A stretch of DNA of 64,000 bases, taken from assembly GCA_963754925.1 (NCBI GenBank), contig CAVWHX010000006.1:32001-96000 (forward strand). Reading direction: 5' to 3'. Both the position numbers and the translations under genes were made by a program. How positions within the stretch are numbered: the first letter of the stretch is position 1; every line of letters begins with the position of its first letter. The stretch comes from an uncultured delta proteobacterium. Its GTDB lineage: Bacteria > Myxococcota > B64-G9. A model generated the notes under the pieces. That model ran no database searches. It was not told the origin of the DNA and worked only from the letters and a program-made list of their open reading frames with translations. Positions 28,972 through 39,208 of the stretch are shown in pieces.

Positions 28972-29362
28972 AAAACCTTATAATATTTGTTTTTCTATTT
29001 TCTCTAGGGCTTTTTTGTTGTTCGACATCAATTGATCAAACAATGGTGATCGGGAAATACGAAGCGAATCATCAAAAGGGTATTGACACTTTAGAGCTTC
29101 TAAGAGATGGCACGTACAAATATTATTATAGCTTTGACGGGAAAGAAGTTACCAATTCCAATAGTTGGGAATTTAAATCTTAAACGGAAAACCAACTATT
29201 ACATTCCGAGATTTTGTTTTTGGTCTGCCAGGATATAGTAAGTACGGTGCTGGCTTTTGGGTTGTTGAAGTCGAAAAATCATTTTTTAAAGGTAAGCTTC
29301 GGCTATGCATTGATCCTGATTTAGGTTACTATTATATTAAGAAGGACCCGACTACCCAGTAG
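28968..29362 (+). CDS. Putative immunity lipoprotein (~131 aa), one-base frameshift at ~29180
   Basis: ATGA overlap with the RHS stop; MKNLIIFVFLFSLGLFCC signal; continues LNGKPTITFRDFVFG...DPDLGYYYIKKDPTTQ* after adding one T; AT-rich. Confidence 0.72.
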
Positions 29363-29469
29363 AGATTAATAATAGAGTCTTTGTTGCCCTGAACTTCCGA
29401 GGTTCTGGTCTCCGTGCTCGGGCTGCGGCCGCGGTAGAAGTCACCGCGGCCTCCGCTACCTGCGCGCGG

Positions 29470-29522
29470 TTAGAGGCTCTTGCGAACAAAGTGAGTTAGA
29501 GCCTCTTATCCCCGACAGGGGA
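29470..29522 (+). repeat. Double-hairpin structured motif, copy B
   Basis: AGAGGCTCT/AGAGCCTCT stem with GA-GA internal loop, then TCCCC-GACA-GGGGA. Confidence 0.7.
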
Positions 29523-29734
29523 AGCCCTATTAGAGCTTGTCCTGTGGGCTTGGAACCCACGCCCGCCCCGGCCGACCAGTGACCGAGGAAGCCATCTTCT
29601 TCCCACTTCGCCCTTGCCAAGCTGCGTTGCAGTCCGTCCTCCCTGCTGGCACGGGCAATGCCCCACGGCTTCGCCAAAGTCTCCAACCTTGCTTATGGCT
29701 ACTGCTACAAATCCGCGAACGCGCCGGCGTCCAA

Positions 29735-31784
29735 TCAGAGCTGGATTGTGAGAGTGCCGCGAAAGCTGAGCGGCTCGGCGGGATGGAAGTGGATGTCAGC
29801 GACGCCGCCCTTGGGTTCTCCGGGGAGGCGGGAGGTGTAGTAATAGGACATGTCGGCGACCTTGGCGTCGAGGATATTGAATACATCGATGCTCAGCCGT
29901 ACGTTGCGACTGACCTGGAAGGCGACCTGCCCATTGAAGAGCGTAGAGGCCTGCGACCGCACGCTGTTGTCCTGAGTGAGCGCCCGCGGGCCGAAGTAGC
30001 GCATGAACAGGCTCGCTGACCACGGGCCGAGCTTGTGGATGGATACGCCGGCCGCTACCGCCGACTCGATGGCCTCGGGGACATACTGCCCAGCCGGATC
30101 AAACCGGACGAAACGCGCCCGGGAGAACGCCACGTCGAGGTCGAAGAGCAGCCAGACAATGGGTTGCCAGCGTGTGCTCCACTCGATCCCCATGCGGCGC
30201 GTAGGTCCCGCGGCCGCGGTGGTCCCCTCGTCGGCGTCCCAAACCAGCTCGGAGGCGGAGTCGAGGAGCCACAGGGCGAGCGAGGTCTGCACTCCGGGGA
30301 TGGCCTCGGTGCGCCCGCCCAGCTCGAATCCGCGCGACCTGGGGAGCAGCGTCACCTTTTGTTTGATCGCATCGCCTGTCTTGTCGTCCACGGTGCTGGT
30401 GGCTCCGCGGGCGTCGTTGGAGTGGTATCCGGTCGCCGTAGTTCGCAAAGATCTCTGTCTTGGCCCACGGCCCGAGGACTACCGTGGTCTTGGGCAGGAG
30501 AATCCCGGCGGCCATCGCCCCCGAGTTGCGCGGATCGCTGGCCTTCACGTCGACAGAGGTGAAGCTGTAACGCAGGCCGAGCACGACGCGCAGCCAGGGC
30601 TTAAGGCTGCTCTCCAGGTCGCCCCACAGCGCGTCGGTGGTCTGCGCCACGTCATCCACGGACCATGCGGCGAGTCGCCTCCGAGCGACGGTGTGGTACA
30701 GAGCTACGGGGTCGATGAGATCGCAGCGCGCATCCCAGCCCAGCTGAGTTTTCTCTTGAAGGCCGAAGACGGTGGCTTCCCGTTGCCAGCGCCCGGACGT
30801 GCCGAAGTACCAGCGGCGGTCCTCCTGCTCCATCTGGTCGCCGTTTACCGGGTCGTCCAGGAAGTAGGTGAAGTTCGAGAAGAGGTCCATGTCATACTTC
30901 ACGACGTAGGCGTTGGCCGCGAGCACCCCGCCGGCCAGGTCGCCGTTCCAGCTGGCCGAGAGGCTGTAGCGGTGCGAGGATCCGCCGTCGGTGGTGTCCT
31001 CGGACCCAAAGCGGCTGAGGCCCGACCGCACCGCGCGCTCCGGGATCTGGTTGGTGGCGTTCCAGTCGCCGGAGTAGCCCATGGCGACCACGCTCAAGGT
31101 CCCGTCGCCGAGCGGCCGGGTCCAGCGCAGCATCCCGTTGTACTTGTGGTAGTCCTCCGGCTTGAGGAAGGGTCCGTCCTCGTGCATTGCCTCTAGCCCA
31201 ATGAGTAGCTTGCCGCCGGCCAGCTCGGACGAGGCGGCGGCCAGGGAGCGGAAGTAGCCGAAAGAGCCGGCGGTGACCTCGATCAGCGGATGCTCGAGTT
31301 GCTTGACGTAGAAGATGTTGGCGGCGCCCGCCGAGGCGAAGTCGCCCTGCGAGGCGTAGTACGGGCCCTTGTAGTAGTCCACGTGCCCGATCAGCTCGGG
31401 GATGATGAAGTTGATATCGTCGTAGCCTTGGCCATGGGCGTGGGTGGGCAGGTTGACCGGAATACCTTCGACCGTGGTGGCGAAGTCGGTGCCATGATCG
31501 AGGTTGAAGCCCCGCAGCAGGAACTGGTTGGCCTTCCCCGCGCCGCTGTGCTGCGTGACCATGAGTCCCGGCACGAGCTCCTCCACCTCCCCGGGGCGCA
31601 AGAGCGGGCGATCCTCCAGGAGCTCGCTGGTATAGGTCCCGGCGCTGGCGGCGGTCGTGGTCCCCACCTGATTCAGGTAGTGCCCCACCACCACGATCTC
31701 CTCGACGTCATCCCCCAAAGCGGTCGCGACCAGAAGCAGTCCTCCGAGGATAGCAACTACCAAAGTCATTCTTTCAATAATCAC
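29735..31784 (-). CDS. TonB-dependent receptor (probably nickel-related), one-base frameshift at ~30435
   Basis: EEIVVVG TonB box, QHSGAGKANQFLLRGFNLDHGTDF plug; ...FANYG joins GYHSNDARG...HFHPAEPLSFRGTLTIQL. Confidence 0.88.
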
Positions 31785-31807
31785 GGGTGGTCACCTTCGC
31801 GATATTT

Positions 31808-31856
31808 GTATTACAAAAACGAAAAAGGTAATACTCAAAGCGTCACCAATTGTCAA
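31808..31856 (-). promoter_or_regulatory. NikR-type operator overlapping the -10 of the TonB receptor promoter
   Basis: Perfect GTATTAC-N13-GTAATAC (31808-31834); TTGACA-N17-TATTAC on minus strand. Confidence 0.7.
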
Positions 31857-31914
31857 CCCATTCATGTTCGTCCTATTCGTCATCCAAAAAGAAACCGGCC
31901 AGAACTGCCCCTCT

Positions 31915-32071
31915 CCAAAACAAAGTCCGAGAAAAAACAAGTCAACCAAACCCACGGTAAGCGTATAAATTGGTCAACTCACAATCCTGTGATGTTGGAA
32001 AAGATGAGATTAAGGACTGAATAGGTTTATGGCGACAGAGTGGTGTGAGTGGAACTATGTGGCGCTATTTC
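31915..32071. repeat. ~160-bp non-coding dispersed repeat, copy 1
   Basis: Core AAAAAACAAGTCAACCAAACC at 31932-31952; aligns along its length with 35577..35729. Confidence 0.88.
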
Positions 32072-32200
32072 AATGTGGAGGAGGTCACAAGAAAGCCCAT
32101 GATAAACTCCATATTAAATCTTGCGTCCAAAAGCATAGGTGGTTTATTCTTATTATCCTTTAGTAAATGAAAATTAATGGAAAAATAATGGAGGTTTCAT

Positions 32201-32647
32201 ATGTTCAATCCCACAAGTATACTGGTACCTACAGATTTTTCCGGCACCGCAGAGAAAGCATTTCAAGACGCCATTGATATTGCGAGGCGGACTAATGCGG
32301 CTCTTTATCTTCTCCATGTAAATGAAGTGATCCAGCAATGCGCGATCGACTATTGCCTGGACGCCGCCACAGTGGAGCAGATAGAAAATAAAACAATAGC
32401 GACGTCCAAGAAAATGCTTCAAAAGATAATTGACAAATTCCCGGAAGCGAAAGGACTCAAGATTCAAATGGATGTTAAAAAAGGGAACCCATATGAAGAA
32501 ATTTTAAAGGAACAAGAAGCCAAAAAAGTCGATCTCATTGTCATCGCTTCACATAAGGGAAAAGGATTTTTAGGGCATCTATTAGGTAGTGTAGCGGAAA
32601 GAGTTGTCAGATCAGCGAAGTGCCCGGTATTAGTTGTAAAAAGCTAA
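32201..32647 (+). CDS. Universal stress protein
   Basis: ILVPTDFS, DLIVIASH, LLGSVAERVVRSAKCPVLVV. Confidence 0.95.
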   Translation: MFNPTSILVPTDFSGTAEKAFQDAIDIARRTNAALYLLHVNEVIQQCAIDYCLDAATVEQIENKTIATSKKMLQKIIDKFPEAKGLKIQMDVKKGNPYEEILKEQEAKKVDLIVIASHKGKGFLGHLLGSVAERVVRSAKCPVLVVKS

Positions 32648-32705
32648 AAGATCATAATGCGACTTTAAATGGTGTAGTGCCCTCCAGTTAGCATGCTGTC
32701 CTTCG

Positions 32706-32770
32706 CCAAAAAAAATCCAAGAGAAAAAACAAGTCAACCAAACCACAGTGATCGCAAGTTAGTGAACTAC
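32706..32770. repeat. Dispersed repeat, partial copy 2
   Basis: Identical 21-bp core at 32724-32744 with degenerate flanks. Confidence 0.8.
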
Positions 32771-33258
32771 AGAGATCCTTCCAGGCTTTGTTCGTAATCA
32801 GTTATCGAGTTCGACCGTAATACGCACTATATTCACCGGCAAACGGTTGAGTCGGTACCGTCTGATTTTAATCGTATCAATGATAGATGCATTGGTGTTG
32901 GCCAAGGGAAAAAGGAGCCAAAAGAAAAAACTCCCTATTGCACTTCATAGGGCGTAGGGTAACGAAAGAAGTGTGTCGCTGCTGTACGTTGGAATTTGGT
33001 TGATTCAACCCCTTGTTGACCGAGAAACTTTTTTCACTTGAGGAGATTTCGATAGTTATGGACGTAAAGGAAACTGGGTTACGGTCAGGCATTATTTCCG
33101 GTTGACAGCATTGCCGAACCGAAGTAACACTGTTCTGTTTTTTTACCAATCGAATGCAGCGAAGAACGTTGCTCTGTGGTCCGAGTGATGTGGTCGACTT
33201 GATCCGGCTCCTGCTCCCGGATGTCGGCGGTTGATGATTTCGACACAGGGGGTGCGAC

Positions 33259-35561
33259 ATGCCACGCGGCGCGATGGCCATTTCAAAGCTCTGGGCGCAA
33301 GCATCTGTGTTTACCTTTCTCATGGGTTTCACCGGGCTCGGCATCTTAGCGGCGGTTATCTACGAGCAGCAGGCGCCGCTGCCCGCACGGGTAGTGACAC
33401 CGAGCAGCGATGTTCTTTTTACCCGCGACGACATTATGGCCGGACAGCACATTTTCCAGAAGTATGAACTGATGCAGTACGGGACCCTCTTCGGACACGG
33501 CGCCTACCTCGGTCCCGACTTCACCGCCCAGTACCTACATGGCGCTGCCCTCGATATGATCTCGTTTTATGGAGAGAAGGAAGCGCCTGCGCCGGATGTC
33601 CGCGCCCGGGTCGTCCGTGAACTCAAGACCAACACCTACGATGGCGACATCGACACGATTGCATTCAGCGCGGGCCAAGTCCACGCTTTCGAGACTATGA
33701 ATCGGTTCTATCGGGACTTTTTCGGCATTCTCGATATCCAACGTGGTGTCAAACGGCCGGTCATCGACGATCCGGCCGAGGTACGCCGGCTGACCAGTTA
33801 CTTGGCCTGGGCAGCCTGGTCGGCAAGCGCCGAACGACCGGGCAAAGACTACTCGTACACGAACAACTGGCCGGACGAACCACTCGCAGGCAACACACCG
33901 ACCGCGGACAACTTTTTTTGGAGCGTGGTCAGCCTCATTTCCCTGCTGTGCGGTACGGGGCTTGTGCTCTTCTTTTTCGGGCGCTACAACGTGCTCGGGT
34001 GGCGCCGCGCCGACGAGGAAGGAATCCCTCCCGTGCAGTTCCGCCCGCCCGAAGAGGTCGGGCTTACACCCGCGCAACGGGCGACCGCGTGGTACTTCCT
34101 CGTTGTCGCCGGGCTATTCCTGGCGCAAGGACTGCTCGGGGGCATAAACGCCCACTACCACGCCGAGCCGGGAGGCTTCTACGGCGTCGATCTCGGCCGC
34201 TTACTCCCCTACAACCTCTCGCGCACCTGGCATGTGCAATTGGCACTTTTTTTGTTTCGGCCGCCTTCCTGGCTATGGGCATCTTCATCACCCCGATGAT
34301 CGCTGGCCGGGAGCCGAAGCATCAGGACAAGCTCGCCATCGGCCTTTTCGGCGCGGTGGTGGTGGTTGTGTTAGGGAGCCTTCTGGGCGAAGCGCTCAGC
34401 ATTAAGGACATCATCCCGCGCAGCGGACCATGGTTCTGGGTGGGCTCCCAGGGATGGGAATACCTTGACCTCGGCCGCCTCTGGCAGCTGCTGCTGGTCA
34501 TCGGGATGTTCGTCTGGGTGGCGATAATCTTCCGCGGTCTGCGCACGCGGCTTGCTGAGGAGCATCCGGGAAACCTTCCCTTTTTGTTTATCTATAGCGC
34601 TCTATCCATCCCCGTCTTTTACACCGTGGGCATGTTCTTCGGGCCCAACTCGCACTTCGTGATCGTGGACTTCTGGCGCTTCTGGGTCGTCCACTTGTGG
34701 GTTGAGGATTTCCTGGAGCTCTTTACGACCATCATGGTCGCCTACATCTTTGTTCTGCTCGGTGTCGTGGCGCAAAAAACTGCGACGCGCATCGTTTACC
34801 TCGACATCATTCTCTACTCAATCGGCGGCGTCATCGGCACGATGCATCATCTCTATTTCAGCGGCTCGCCCTCGGTGCACATGGCGATGGGAGCCTTCTT
34901 TTCCGCGATGGAGGTGATACCCCTGGTCCTGCTGAGTGTCGAGGCCTATCGTTTCATACGGTTGGGTGAAGGTGCCGGCACACAGCCGGCGAAGCCATTC
35001 CCCCACAAGTGGGCGGTGATGTTCCTTATCGCCGTGGGCTTCTGGAACTTTCTGGGCGCGGGCGTGTTCGGTTTCCTGATCAACCTGCCGATCGTAAGCT
35101 ACTACGAGATAGGCACTCAGTTAACCGCCAACCACGGCCACGGTGCGCTGATGGGCGTCTACGGCATGTTGGCCATGGGTTTCTTCATGTTCGTAGCGCG
35201 TTACTTCATTCCGCCCGATAGCCGCAGCGAACGCGCGATGAAGATCTCCTTCTGGAGCCTGAACATCGGGCTTGCGTACATGCTCTTCGTCAACCTCGTG
35301 CCGATCGGTTTGTTCCAGCTCTTCGACAGCTTTCAGAACGGCTATTGGCACGCGCGGGCGCCCGAGTTCTTCCTGCGCCCGGAGATACGCGTTCTCGAGT
35401 GGCTGCGCTTACCCGGCGATGTGCTATTTATCGTCGGCGGTATACTTCCGGTGGTCTATCTCGCCATCCGCGTGTTCCGCGGGCGAACACGCTATCGAAA
35501 ACTGGCAACCGGCGCGCCGGCCGAGGAGTTTACGCAGGCAATGCATGACGGATCGGCATAA
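33259..35561 (+). CDS. norB: Quinol-dependent nitric oxide reductase (qNOR), frameshift at T7 run 34247-34253
   Basis: GHGAYLGPDFTA, SYTNNWP, WVVHLWVE, GTMHHLY, HGHGAL, RLPGD; T8 would restore ALFFVSA. Confidence 0.93.
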
Positions 35562-35576
35562 TCCCCTTGTCTCTAG

Positions 35577-35729
35577 CCCAAACAAAATTCGAGATAAAAA
35601 ACAAGTCAACCAAACCTTGGTAAGCGTAGGTTGGTGAAATCACCATTCTGGATATTAGAAAAGATGAGCTTGAGGACTGAATAGGTCACAGCGACGAGTG
35701 GTGCGAGCGGAACTATGTGGCACGATTTC
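35577..35729. repeat. ~160-bp non-coding dispersed repeat, copy 3
   Basis: Core at 35596-35616; shares GAAAAGATGAG, AGGACTGAATAGGT and GGAACTATGTGGC with copy 1. Confidence 0.88.
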
Positions 35730-35871
35730 TGGCTGGAGTAGAGTAGTGCAGGTGACATGAATATGTTTTGGAAAAGCAGACAAACATTGTCCTTGACGTC
35801 CTCTTTTGGAATGATTAGCCTCCGTAACAGTTTTTTTCCCTCTTTGGACATATTGAACCTCTGAGGCGCCT

Positions 35872-36330
35872 GTGTATCAGATCACGACACCACCTTTGAC
35901 TATTCCCGTCGGCGAGGCTCAACCGAGCCTTGAAAGTCTCGTCTCTCTCGCACTCTACACCGGTATGGTAGTGTTCTTGGTGCTCTTGCTGATGGTTGTG
36001 GCCTACCGGTTCGGCCGCAAGACCCAAAACAAAGTCAAAGGCCAGCCGTTCGAATCCGGTATTGAGCCGACAGGCCAAGCCCGGCTGCACGAACCCGTGC
36101 CCTTCTATCTGGTGGCCATTTTCTTTACCATTTTTGATGTCGAGACGCTGTTTATCGTCTCGTGGGCGGTGGCCTATGATCACCTGGGTTGGGCCGGGTT
36201 TGCACAGATGGCGGTGTTTATCGGGGTGTTGTTTGTGGCCCTTATCTACCTATGGAAAGTGGGGGCCCTGAACTGGGGGCCGACCGCCGCGCGCCCGCCG
36301 GGACATAAGGTTCCAGGGGATTGCGAATGA
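35872..36330 (+). CDS. nuoA: NADH-quinone oxidoreductase subunit A
   Basis: [24 protein letters not shown]; start uncertain. Confidence 0.92.
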   Translation: MYQITTPPLTIPVGEAQPSLESLVSLALYTGMVVFLVLLLMVVAYRFGRKTQNKVKGQPFESGIEPTGQARLHEPVPFYLVAIFFTIFDVETLFIVSWAVAYDHLGWAGFAQMAVFIGVLFVALIYLWKVGALNWGPTAARPPGHKVPGDCE

Positions 36331-38717
36331 GCGCGAAACTTCCGCAGGGCGTGCTGCTGACCAACGTCGACGATTTGGTCAACTGGGGCCGCAAGAACAG
36401 CCCGTGGCCGGCGTTTTTCGGGCTGTCCTGCTGCTTCGTAGAGATGATGACCACCCTTACCCCACGCTTTGACATTGCCCGCTTCGGAGCCGAGGTGCTT
36501 CGCAGTTCGCCGCGTGAAGCAGACGTCATGATTATATCGGGCACCCCATTCAAGAAGATGGGGCCGGCCATCCTGCGCGTGTATGAGCAGATGGCCAACC
36601 CCAAATGGGTCATCTCGATGGGCAGCTGCGCCAACTCTGGCGGTATGTACGATGTCTACAGCGTCATGCAGGGAGTTCACCAGATTTTGCCGGTGGACGT
36701 CTATATCCCCGGCTGCCCGCCCCGTCCCGAGGCCTTCCTGCAGGGGTTGATCATGCTGCAGGAAAAGATAGCCCGCGAGGAGCAGCCCGCTCGTCCGGTG
36801 CTCGGCTTGCAAGGCGGCAGCGAAGGCACCACCGCCCCGATCCTGATCGACGGCGTCACCAAAAGCCGCGACACGCGCGGGCCCGGGTACGGCAACAGCC
36901 CCATTCGGGGCACTTCCCAGCAGCACCCGCGCTTTTGGGGGAACCGGAATGGCTTGATCTGGCGACCGCCGCAAGCGCGGGTATCATTTGTTTCGTCAAC
37001 GCCGGATCTGCGCCGCGCCGTCGCCGAGCGCTTCGGCGCCGGGGAGGTCCGGGAAGACGAGGCCGCCGCCGACATGCCCACCTTCGTGGCTGAACGCACG
37101 CACGCCCCCGTGCTACTCCGCTTCCTGAAGGAGGAAGCTCCCGTCAAATACCGGCGGCTGGAGGATCTGACCGCCGTCGATGAGAGCGCCCGCGAGCAAC
37201 GACCGGACCACTCCTTCACCCTGGTATACCACCTGCTCTCGTTCGATGACCCCGGGTACGTCCGCGTCAAGGTTCCGCTTAAAGGCTCCGATCCGGAGGC
37301 GCCCACCGTCACCGAGGTATGGTCCTCGGCCGATTGGTATGAACGCGAGGTGTTCGACATGTTCGGCATACGCTTCGCGGGCCACCCCAATCTGCGGCGC
37401 ATCCTGATGCCCGATTCGTGGGTCGGGCACCCGCTGCGCAAGGGCCACCCGTCGCGCGCCACCGAAATGCCCCCGTACACCGCCGAGACCGCCGCCGCCA
37501 TGGCGCCCCGGGACGGCGGCGCCTTCTTTCCGGAGATCGAGTCGACCGACGATCCCAGCACCGTCATCTTGAACATCGGGCCCAACCATCCCGGCACGCA
37601 CGGCGTTTTAAGGCTCATCCTCAAATTGAAAGGCGAGGAGATAGTCGATCTCGATGCCGACATCGGCTACCACCACCGCGGGGCCGAGAAGATCGGCGAG
37701 CGCCAACACTGGAACCAATACATACCCTACACCGATCGCATCGACTACCTCTCCGGCGTGCAGAACAACCTGGCATACCTTCACGCGCTTGAGACCATGT
37801 TGGGGGTGACCGTTCCCGAGCGCGCCCAGGTTATCCGGGTCATGCTGTGCGAGCTGTTCCGCATCGCCAATCACCTGGTGTGGCTCGGCACCATGGGCAA
37901 CGATGTCGGGGCCATGACGCCGGTGTTCTACGCCTTTCAGGCCCGCGAGGAGGTCTTCGACGTCACCGAGCTTATAACCGGCGGCCGTATGCACCCGAGC
38001 TGGTTCCGCATCGGCGGCGTGCCCGAGGACTTGCCCGAGGGTTGGAAGGAGGCGGTCGACCAATTCTGCCGGCTACTGCCGGGTCGACTCGACGACATGG
38101 AGAAGATGCTTACCGATGGACCCATCTTCCGGGCGCGCACCGAGGGAATCGGACGAATGTCCTTGGATCAGGCCATCGAGTGGGGGGTGAGCGGCCCCAA
38201 TCTGCGCGCCTGCGGCCTGCCCTGGGACCTGCGCGTGAAGATGCCGTATTCCGGCTACCACCGTTTCAATTTCAAGGTGGCGCGGGCCGAGGGCGGAGAC
38301 AGTTTCGCCCGCTATTTGGTGCGGCTCGAGGAGATGCGCCAGAGTCTGCGCATCGTACAGCAGGCGGCGGCCGATATGCCCGATGGGCGCTGGATCACCG
38401 ACGACTACCGCTATGCGTACCCGAAGCGCGAGGACGGCCTCAACGACATCGAAAGCCTGATCCACCATTTTCTCAATGTCTCCCGCGGGCCAACGTTTCC
38501 GAAAGGGGAATGTTATCGGGCCATCGAATCGAGCAAGGGCGAAAACGGTTACTACGCGGTGAGCGACGGCACGAGCGTTGCCTATCGCATGCGCATCCGC
38601 ACCCCTTCGTTTCCGCACATCCAATGTTTGCGGGATATTTCCCGCGGCTGGTTGGTGGCGGACCTCATGGCCATTTTAGGATCGATCGACTTCGTGTTGG
38701 CCGATCTGGATCGCTAA
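36327..38717 (+). CDS. nuoBCD: NADH-quinone oxidoreductase fused subunit B/C/D
   Basis: GLSCCFVEM and PGCPPRP (B); [16 protein letters not shown] (C); [23 protein letters not shown] (D) in one frame. Confidence 0.95.
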   Translation: MSAKLPQGVLLTNVDDLVNWGRKNSPWPAFFGLSCCFVEMMTTLTPRFDIARFGAEVLRSSPREADVMIISGTPFKKMGPAILRVYEQMANPKWVISMGSCANSGGMYDVYSVMQGVHQILPVDVYIPGCPPRPEAFLQGLIMLQEKIAREEQPARPVLGLQGGSEGTTAPILIDGVTKSRDTRGPGYGNSPIRGTSQQHPRFWGNRNGLIWRPPQARVSFVSSTPDLRRAVAERFGAGEVREDEAAADMPTFVAERTHAPVLLRFLKEEAPVKYRRLEDLTAVDESAREQRPDHSFTLVYHLLSFDDPGYVRVKVPLKGSDPEAPTVTEVWSSADWYEREVFDMFGIRFAGHPNLRRILMPDSWVGHPLRKGHPSRATEMPPYTAETAAAMAPRDGGAFFPEIESTDDPSTVILNIGPNHPGTHGVLRLILKLKGEEIVDLDADIGYHHRGAEKIGERQHWNQYIPYTDRIDYLSGVQNNLAYLHALETMLGVTVPERAQVIRVMLCELFRIANHLVWLGTMGNDVGAMTPVFYAFQAREEVFDVTELITGGRMHPSWFRIGGVPEDLPEGWKEAVDQFCRLLPGRLDDMEKMLTDGPIFRARTEGIGRMSLDQAIEWGVSGPNLRACGLPWDLRVKMPYSGYHRFNFKVARAEGGDSFARYLVRLEEMRQSLRIVQQAAADMPDGRWITDDYRYAYPKREDGLNDIESLIHHFLNVSRGPTFPKGECYRAIESSKGENGYYAVSDGTSVAYRMRIRTPSFPHIQCLRDISRGWLVADLMAILGSIDFVLADLDR

Positions 38718-38719
38718 CA

Positions 38720-39208
38720 ATGCAGACGCTTCTGAAACCGCAGACGCTCGCAGAACTCCAACGCCAGGCGGCGGCGTGCGCCCACCCGCAGGAATTGGTG
38801 GTTGACGTCCTGCGGGCTATACAGAGCGAATACGGCTGGGTCCCCGACGAAGGCGTGGAGCTGACCGCGCAGGTGCTTCAGCTTGCGCCCATCCAGGTCG
38901 AGGAGGTGGCCACCTTTTATGACAAAATTTACCGTCGTCCGGTGGGCAAGAAGGTCATCCATCTGTGCGACTCCATCTGCTGTTGGAGCCGGGACGAACA
39001 GGCCATACGGGAGCATCTGAAGAAACGATTGGGCATCGCCATGGGCCAAACCACCCCGGACGGGATCTTCACCCTGCTTCCCACCGTTTGCTTGGGTGCC
39101 TGCGACAAGGCGCCGGCCATGCTGATCGGCTTCAACCTCTATGGCCCGCTCACACCCGAGCAGGTCGATCGCATTTTGGACGATGAGCGCCAGGGGGTGA
39201 CCGGATGA
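38720..39208 (+). CDS. nuoE: NADH-quinone oxidoreductase subunit E
   Basis: EVATFY, CDSICC, CLGACDKAP. Confidence 0.93.
   Translation: MQTLLKPQTLAELQRQAAACAHPQELVVDVLRAIQSEYGWVPDEGVELTAQVLQLAPIQVEEVATFYDKIYRRPVGKKVIHLCDSICCWSRDEQAIREHLKKRLGIAMGQTTPDGIFTLLPTVCLGACDKAPAMLIGFNLYGPLTPEQVDRILDDERQGVTG

Noticed and set aside
30003..32024. Long + strand ORFs (30003..31196, 30035..30562, 31290..32024) and similar overlapping ORFs across tkt and nuo
   Set aside because: Antisense or alternate-frame shadows of high-GC genes with no recognisable motifs
32877..33344. 155-aa minus-strand ORF upstream of qNOR
   Set aside because: Overlaps the qNOR start, atypical composition, no motif
33259..35561. NO dismutase (Nod) instead of qNOR
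   Set aside because: The His pair GTMHHLY, both Glu of HLWVExxxE and the quinol-site residues (AHY, RLPGD) are retained; Nod-type substitutions are absent
31915..35729. CRISPR array or integron attC sites
   Set aside because: Spacing is about 0.8 and 2.9 kb, there are no cas or intI genes, and no RYYYAAC/GTTRRRY pair bounds the repeat
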